From an uncultured Bacilli bacterium (GTDB lineage: Bacteria > Bacillota_I > Bacilli_A > RF39 > UBA660), in contig CALVJQ010000002.1 in NCBI GenBank assembly GCA_944332265.1, positions 652 through 64,651 on the forward strand: 64,000 bases of DNA, read 5' to 3'. The translations under genes were made by a program, and so were the position numbers. The notes beneath the pieces were generated by a model. That model saw only the letters and a program-made list of their open reading frames with translations. It had not been told where the DNA came from and did not search any database. Positions 58,482-64,000 of the stretch are shown piece by piece. Each line of letters opens with the position of its first letter. Position 1 is the first letter of the stretch.

Positions 58482-59990
58482 TTATTTATAGAATTGTAAT
58501 GGATTTATTCCTCGACCGTTAGAATATGGTACACCTACAAAGACACCAAAGTGTAAGTGGTTACCAAATGCTCGTCCTGTTTGACCAACTCCTGCAATTA
58601 ATTGCCCTTTGCTTACTGTTTGACCATTTTTAACATATATTTTAGAGCAGTGAGCATATACGGTTGAATATCCGTTAGCATGTTGGATTACGACGTTATA
58701 TCCAGCTGAAGAACCAGCATAACCTCCCCATCCAGCATTTATTACAACTCCATCTAAGGCTGCATATATTGGTGAACCAGCTGGTCTTGGAATATCTAAT
58801 CCATCATGATATTCTCTGATGCCATTTAACGTACGCCATCCAAAGCTTGATGAAGTATAATATGTAGAATCTGTTGGCCATCCCCAATTAGAATTATCAC
58901 TAATGATAATAACTTGACTTCCTGGAACTGTTGGTTTTTTAGTTCCACGAATTATTACTTCATTTACAACTGGTTTTATTATTTGATCAGGAGCAACACT
59001 AAAGCCAACATCAGTACTTTGGTTACCATTGATATATTGAACTCGTAATGTAACTCTTGATATTCCATCTTCACCTGCTGTTTGGACTTTTTTATATCCA
59101 ACATATTCATTTGGATCATCTATATATTCAGTCTGATAATACTTTTTAGTATCTGACACTTCTAGGTTTTCATATACTAAATTTAGCATTGGTTCAATTA
59201 AAGCTACGTTTATCTTTTGACCTACTGCTAAGAGTGTATCTTCACTATCTATGTCATCATTAACTAATAGTAATTCGTTAATATTTAATTCATTTGCTTC
59301 TGCTACTGATGCAATAGTATCTCCTTGAACAACAGTATATTCTTTAGTAGATTGACTATCATTAAACAAAAGGTGTTTAGTAAGTTCGTTAGCATCTGTA
59401 TAGATTTTTTCTTCAGAACTTATATAAGATTCTTTAATTTTAATATTTTCTTGAAAATACATACTTTCAATTATATAGCCTGTATCTACAATTTCTGGTT
59501 GAGTTTTATCAACATACTGTTGATATCTTTCCTCACCAATAAATGTTTTAACAACATTTTCTAGGGCTTCTTTAAAGACGTTTTGATCTAGAACATAGAT
59601 GTATATCGGTTCTTTATCTTCATCTTCACTTGTAATAGTTATAGTATATCCTTTTAAAGTAAAGGCTTTATCTTCTTGAATAATATCATATATATCTTCA
59701 ACAGTTGTTTCGTTTTGTTCATAAGTATTTTGACGAATTATTTGGAATCCTTTAGGAGGGTATACTTGGTTAACATTATATTCTTTTTTGATTTCTGATT
59801 GTTTTTGATTTATTAAATCATATAATTCGTTTTTTGAAGATATTAAACCAATTTTATTACCATCTAGATAGACTTGATACTTTGATGTTGCTCTTTCATA
59901 GTTTTTATTAGTATAAAAATCTAATGATAATAAAGCAATGGCAATTATAGATATAATTGTACATGTTAAAAAGCTTATTTTTTTACTCAT
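58482..59990 (-). CDS. signal-anchored LysM-M23 peptidoglycan metalloendopeptidase (paralog B)
   Basis: Same architecture, about 55-60% identical to paralog A over its full length; overlaps the dnaB stop. Confidence 0.75.
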   Translation of the reverse strand: MSKKISFLTCTIISIIAIALLSLDFYTNKNYERATSKYQVYLDGNKIGLISSKNELYDLINQKQSEIKKEYNVNQVYPPKGFQIIRQNTYEQNETTVEDIYDIIQEDKAFTLKGYTITITSEDEDKEPIYIYVLDQNVFKEALENVVKTFIGEERYQQYVDKTQPEIVDTGYIIESMYFQENIKIKESYISSEEKIYTDANELTKHLLFNDSQSTKEYTVVQGDTIASVAEANELNINELLLVNDDIDSEDTLLAVGQKINVALIEPMLNLVYENLEVSDTKKYYQTEYIDDPNEYVGYKKVQTAGEDGISRVTLRVQYINGNQSTDVGFSVAPDQIIKPVVNEVIIRGTKKPTVPGSQVIIISDNSNWGWPTDSTYYTSSSFGWRTLNGIREYHDGLDIPRPAGSPIYAALDGVVINAGWGGYAGSSAGYNVVIQHANGYSTVYAHCSKIYVKNGQTVSKGQLIAGVGQTGRAFGNHLHFGVFVGVPYSNGRGINPLQFYK

Positions 59991-61344
59991 TATTTAAATC
60001 TTCCTTTTCTGGAGCTAAGTAATTGCGAAAATTACTCATATTTAACTCGAACAATAATTGAAATTTGCCAGTAGATCCTTTACGATGCTTAGCTATGATA
60101 ATATCGGCAACAACATTTTTTTGCTGTTCTAGTTGTTCTTTAGCTTTATAGTAATCATTACGATTAATGAATAAAACCATATCTGCATCTTGTTCTATTG
60201 ATCCTGATTCTCTTAAATCTGACAACATAGGCTGATTGTTTTCTCTTTTTTCGGCACTACGTGAAAGTTGGGCTAAAGCTATAACTGGAACTTTTAATTC
60301 CATAGCCATAGTCTTTAAGGCACGAGAGATATCTGATACTTCTTGTTGACGTGACTCTGGGCGTTTTCCACCACTTGTAACTAATTGTAAATAGTCGATA
60401 ATGACTAGACCAAGGCCTTCTTCTTTGTTAGCTAAGGTACGACATTTGGCTTTTATTTCTGAAGCAGTAATACCCGCATCATCAACAATTTGAATATTAG
60501 TTTCAGCTAGTTGACTGTTAGCTTCATTAATTCTTTTCCAATCTTCATGATTCATTTGACCCGTTTGGATTTTATATGAATCAATTTGTCCAACAGCAGA
60601 ACGCATTCTGTTAACTAGCTGTTCAGCCGGCATTTCTAGATTAAATATAGCAATTGCTTTTTTAGTATGTTGAGCCGCATTGGTAGCTATATTTAGAGCA
60701 AAAGCTGTTTTTCCCATTCCGGGACGAGCAGCAATAATAATCATTTCACCTGCATGTAGACCTGATGATGCTTTATCTAAATCATAAAAACCGGTTGGTA
60801 GTCCTGTTATATCTGATTTATTTTGTGATAAACGTTCAAGATTTTCTTGAGCTGTAGCAATTGCATCTTTAATATGAATGAAATCACTTGTTTGTCTTTC
60901 TTTAACAACATTTAAGATTTTCTTCTCTGCTTCATCAAGCATATGAGTGATATCTTCATCTTCTTCATAAGCATTAGTAACAATATCTGTTGCTGTTTCA
61001 ATTAAGTTACGCATTACAGCTTTATCTTTAACAATCTTAATATAGTAATCTAGATTAGCTGCAGTAGCTACTGAATCAATTACATCACTTATATATTCTA
61101 TTCCACCAACAGCATTTAAATTTTTTTTACGGTCTAGGACTTCTTTAACTGTTGTAATATCAACAGGAATTTTTTCGTCGTAACATGTTTTTATTGCTTC
61201 AAATAGCTTTTGATTTGCTTCGCTATAAAACATTTCAGAATATAATTCTTCACAGATTTTGGTTAGGGCATTTTTATTTAAAAAAGCAACACCTAAAACG
61301 CTCATCTCTGCTTCTAAATTTTGAGGCATTTTTCGTGCTGGCAT
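59983..61344 (-). CDS. dnaB: replicative DNA helicase DnaB
   Basis: Walker A 'GMGKTAF', RecA-like C-domain, N-terminal 'MPQNLEAEMSVLG'. Confidence 0.93.
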   Translation of the reverse strand: MPARKMPQNLEAEMSVLGVAFLNKNALTKICEELYSEMFYSEANQKLFEAIKTCYDEKIPVDITTVKEVLDRKKNLNAVGGIEYISDVIDSVATAANLDYYIKIVKDKAVMRNLIETATDIVTNAYEEDEDITHMLDEAEKKILNVVKERQTSDFIHIKDAIATAQENLERLSQNKSDITGLPTGFYDLDKASSGLHAGEMIIIAARPGMGKTAFALNIATNAAQHTKKAIAIFNLEMPAEQLVNRMRSAVGQIDSYKIQTGQMNHEDWKRINEANSQLAETNIQIVDDAGITASEIKAKCRTLANKEEGLGLVIIDYLQLVTSGGKRPESRQQEVSDISRALKTMAMELKVPVIALAQLSRSAEKRENNQPMLSDLRESGSIEQDADMVLFINRNDYYKAKEQLEQQKNVVADIIIAKHRKGSTGKFQLLFELNMSNFRNYLAPEKEDLNNE

Positions 61345-61357
61345 TTAATCACCTACT

Positions 61358-61801
61358 TTATTGTTTTTTTAAAGTTACTTTTAAATCAGCAATTACTTTT
61401 TTATGTAATTCTATTTTTACAATGTGTGTTCCTAGTGAATCTAGAGAATGATCTAATATGATTTTCTTTTTATCTATATCAAAATTTTTCTTTTTTAATT
61501 CTTCGCAGATTTGTTTAGTGGAAACAGTTCCAAATACTTTATCCTGTTCACCAGTTTTTACTTTAATAATAATTTCTATGTTTTTAAGTTCTTTAGCTAT
61601 TTTTTGGCATTCTTCGATAAATGCTTCTTCTTGAGCTTTTCTTTTATCTAGTTCACGATTTAGAGTTTTTTGATTGGTTGCAGTAGCAGCGATTGCTAAA
61701 CCATTTTTTATAAGATAGTTTCTTGCATATCCATCGCTAACTTCAATAATTTGATCTTTTTTTCCTTGCTTTTTTACATCTTGAAGTAAAATTACTTTCA
61801 T
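61358..61801 (-). CDS. rplI: 50S ribosomal protein L9
   Basis: [21 protein letters not shown]...; ATG at 61801 after AAGGAG. The track's GTG start sits on the SD. Confidence 0.88.
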   Translation of the reverse strand: MKVILLQDVKKQGKKDQIIEVSDGYARNYLIKNGLAIAATATNQKTLNRELDKRKAQEEAFIEECQKIAKELKNIEIIIKVKTGEQDKVFGTVSTKQICEELKKKNFDIDKKKIILDHSLDSLGTHIVKIELHKKVIADLKVTLKKQ

Positions 61802-61868
61802 AAGAATCACTCCTTTATATAAATGTCGTCTTATATTATATCAAATATTTGGTAAATAATAAACCTTA

Positions 61869-63038
61869 TTAACTTTTTAGTAATAGATACTCTTTTATTT
61901 CTTTTTCACTTGGTTTTAACTTATGATTTCTAATATTTTTAATAACATCGCTTTCAACAATAAGTCTTACTTTCATATTAGGGATTGTTGTAAATAAAAT
62001 AGGATTTACTTGAAGATTGGTTAAATTTTTACTAAGGAGATTAGAAATTGCTTGGAAGTATATTTTTTCTATTTTATAGAGATTAACTAAGCCTTCTTGA
62101 TTCATTTCGATTTTAAATGATATTTCTTGATAATGAAATAAAGCTATTAAGAAAGTTATTGAATATTGATTAATAATGTAGTTTATTTGTTTTGCTTTGC
62201 TACTTAATAATTTATTTTTGTATTTTAGAAAAGCTTGTAAATATTTGGTTGTTTTTTTATCTACTTTTAACCTTTCAGTAAAACTTGCTATTTCAGAAGA
62301 AGAACAGGAGTTTAAAAGAATAAATAATCTTAAGAGATAGTCATTAGATGATTCTTTTATCATATTACAAATATTATAATAATCTTTATTTTTTATTTCA
62401 GGAATTATTTCTAAAATAAATGGCTTAAGATTGTTAATTATTTGGGGAAGATATTGACCACTTAGAATTTTTTTTAACTCATTATATACTTTTTCTGGAG
62501 TTGATGTTGATAAGTTTTTGCGATATATTAGCATTTGTTGATAACAATTTTTATCAATGGTAAATCCTAATTTAGAGGAAAGCCTGATAGCTCGTAAAAT
62601 ACGAGTTGGATCTTCTTTAAATGTTTCTCCATTAGGATTAACTAATTTAATAAGGTGGTTATTTAGGTCATTAGCACTAAGGAGGTAGTCGTAAATTATT
62701 CCTGTTGCATCTTCAATAATAGTATTGATAGTAAAATCTCTTTTCATTAAATCTTCTATAATTGTTTGCCCTTTCATTTGGGCTATTTCTGTTTGTGTTC
62801 CTAATATATTAAGAACTCCAACTTGACGATTAGCATTTTGTTTCATAATATGAAATTTAGGATATAATTCTTTTACTTTATCTAACGGCATATTAGTACA
62901 AATATCATAGTCATTAATTGGTAAACCAAGCATTTTATCGCGAACAGCTCCACCAACTATATATGCTATATATCCTAATGAATTAATTGTATATAATATA
63001 TTTTTAATTTCTTTTTCAATTTCTTCGTTATTTGTCAT
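61869..63038 (-). CDS. cca: CCA-adding tRNA nucleotidyltransferase (PolyA_pol family)
   Basis: 'GGAVRD' head motif, 'RDFTIN' and 'DPTRILRAIR'. Confidence 0.75.
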   Translation of the reverse strand: MTNNEEIEKEIKNILYTINSLGYIAYIVGGAVRDKMLGLPINDYDICTNMPLDKVKELYPKFHIMKQNANRQVGVLNILGTQTEIAQMKGQTIIEDLMKRDFTINTIIEDATGIIYDYLLSANDLNNHLIKLVNPNGETFKEDPTRILRAIRLSSKLGFTIDKNCYQQMLIYRKNLSTSTPEKVYNELKKILSGQYLPQIINNLKPFILEIIPEIKNKDYYNICNMIKESSNDYLLRLFILLNSCSSSEIASFTERLKVDKKTTKYLQAFLKYKNKLLSSKAKQINYIINQYSITFLIALFHYQEISFKIEMNQEGLVNLYKIEKIYFQAISNLLSKNLTNLQVNPILFTTIPNMKVRLIVESDVIKNIRNHKLKPSEKEIKEYLLLKS

Positions 63039-63210
63039 TTCTTTCTCCTTATAAAGCTTGGATAGTATAACACAATTAACATAAAATGTAAAAAGAAACG
63101 TAAAAGTTTTTATATTATAATATTTTTTATATTATTTTAGTTACTTCATATATATAATATAAAGCGGTTTATTATTTTTGTGTGATATAATTTAAATGAA
63201 GGTGATTTTT

Positions 63211-64000
63211 GTGATTAAAGGTAAAAAAGTATTCATTTTAGGTATGGCAAGAAGTGGATTTGAAGCAGCTAAGATACTTGCTAAAGATAATGAAGTATTA
63301 GTTACAGATATGAATGAGCAAGATATTAATCAAGTACAAATTTTAGAAGAACTTGGAGTAAAAATTGTAATATGTAAAAATCCAATAAATTTATTAGATA
63401 ATTCATTTGACATTATGATTAAGAATCCTGGGATAAAATATGATCATCCTACTGTTTTAAAAGCTAAAGATTTAGGAATAAAAGTTATTAACGAAGTTGA
63501 ACTTGCTTATAAATATATGAATAAGAATGTAAATATAATTGGAGTTACTGGTTCGAATGGTAAAACAACAACAGTAACTTTAATATATAATATAATGAAA
63601 GAAGCTGGATTACCTGTACATCTTGGTGGTAATATCGGAACTCCTTTATGTAATTTTGTTAAAGACATAAAAGAAAATGATTATTTAGTTATGGAAATAT
63701 CTGATCACCAATTATGTGATATGTATAGTTTTAAAACTAATGTAAGTGTTTTAACTAATATATACGAAGTACATACAGATTTTCATGATTCTCATGAAAA
63801 ATATGTTCAAACTAAGAAAAAGATTTTTAATAATCATACAAAGAAGGATATTGCGATAATAAATTTTGATAATAAAGAAGCTGTTGATATTTCTAAAGAT
63901 ATCAACAGTACCAAGTATTATTTTTCTAAAAATAGTAAACAGAATGTTTATTTAAAAGATAATGCTATATATTATCATGACGAAAAAGTAATAGATTGTA
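63211..64000 (+). CDS. murD: UDP-N-acetylmuramoylalanine--D-glutamate ligase (3'-truncated at window edge)
   Basis: GTG start after AAGGTGA; N-terminal Rossmann 'VFILGMARSG', P-loop 'GVTGSNGKTTT'; the ORF continues to the window end. Confidence 0.8.
   Translation, partial: MIKGKKVFILGMARSGFEAAKILAKDNEVLVTDMNEQDINQVQILEELGVKIVICKNPINLLDNSFDIMIKNPGIKYDHPTVLKAKDLGIKVINEVELAYKYMNKNVNIIGVTGSNGKTTTVTLIYNIMKEAGLPVHLGGNIGTPLCNFVKDIKENDYLVMEISDHQLCDMYSFKTNVSVLTNIYEVHTDFHDSHEKYVQTKKKIFNNHTKKDIAIINFDNKEAVDISKDINSTKYYFSKNSKQNVYLKDNAIYYHDEKVIDC

Noticed and set aside
535-61451. Other short track ORFs nested in or antisense to longer genes: 535..732, 2457..2645, 6660..6860, 11523..11705, 13371..13571, 21324..21605, 37639..37827, 39855..40211, 41327..41599, 44135..44365, 46367..46549, 47559..47744, 49078..49371, 49787..50047, 54662..54892, 54901..55191, 55282..55554, 59325..59564, 61185..61451.
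   Set aside because: Each lies wholly within a longer, better-supported CDS on the same or opposite strand, with no SD and no conservation signal.
1-64000. Alternative genetic code (TGA=Trp), as in Mycoplasma, suggested by the very low GC, the Mollicute-like tmRNA tag and the L30 loss.
   Set aside because: All conserved genes (ribosomal proteins, pheST, secY and others) terminate at or read correctly with TGA as stop. The standard code fits.
1-64000. CRISPR arrays, IS elements and prophage.
   Set aside because: No direct repeats with spacer architecture, no transposase, integrase or phage structural genes. The only tandem DNA repeats are the coding Cys-repeat region and the decamer array.

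Overview
This is a 64 kb chromosomal window from a very AT-rich Bacillota (Firmicutes) genome of about 27% GC that uses the standard genetic code, since TGA acts as a stop in every long ORF. Most genes lie on the minus strand. The conserved core is a near-complete S10-spc-alpha ribosomal protein cluster, rpsJ to rplQ at 23226..36508, including secY, adk, infA, rpmJ and rpoA; it has no rpmD (L30) and no map. Other conserved genes are pheST behind a Phe T-box leader, a gap-pgk-tpiA-gpmI glycolytic cluster, yvcK-whiA, ftsEX with an EnvC-like M23 peptidase, ung, rlmH, a YycJ-like MBL hydrolase, dnaB, rplI, a CCA-adding enzyme and the start of murD. RNA genes are tRNA-Thr(CGU), a tmRNA (ssrA), and a previously unflagged tRNA-shaped element with degenerate D and T arms. 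The more unusual content is listed here.
- A Spo0A ortholog lies inside the glycolytic cluster, between tpiA and gpmI.
- Nineteen perfectly phased 10-bp repeats (WTWNGACWWT) sit upstream of yvcK-whiA.
- Next to the tmRNA is a two-gene operon: a membrane protein with a degenerate J-domain (HPD replaced by YED), then a 727-aa protein built from about 14 Cys-pair 'CPSGY(T/S)xNG(T/S)xC' repeats, with a CPBP intramembrane protease gene convergent on it.
- Two tandem paralogous LysM-M23 peptidases sit where B. subtilis has walRKHI, between dnaB and yycJ-rlmH.
- The 5' 9 kb is a cluster of uncharacterised envelope proteins (LysM, PH-like, a membrane-anchored XRE regulator, an ASST-like beta-propeller).
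No transposase, integrase, CRISPR array or rRNA is present. Coordinates of RNA elements and motifs were read by hand and may be off by one or two bases.
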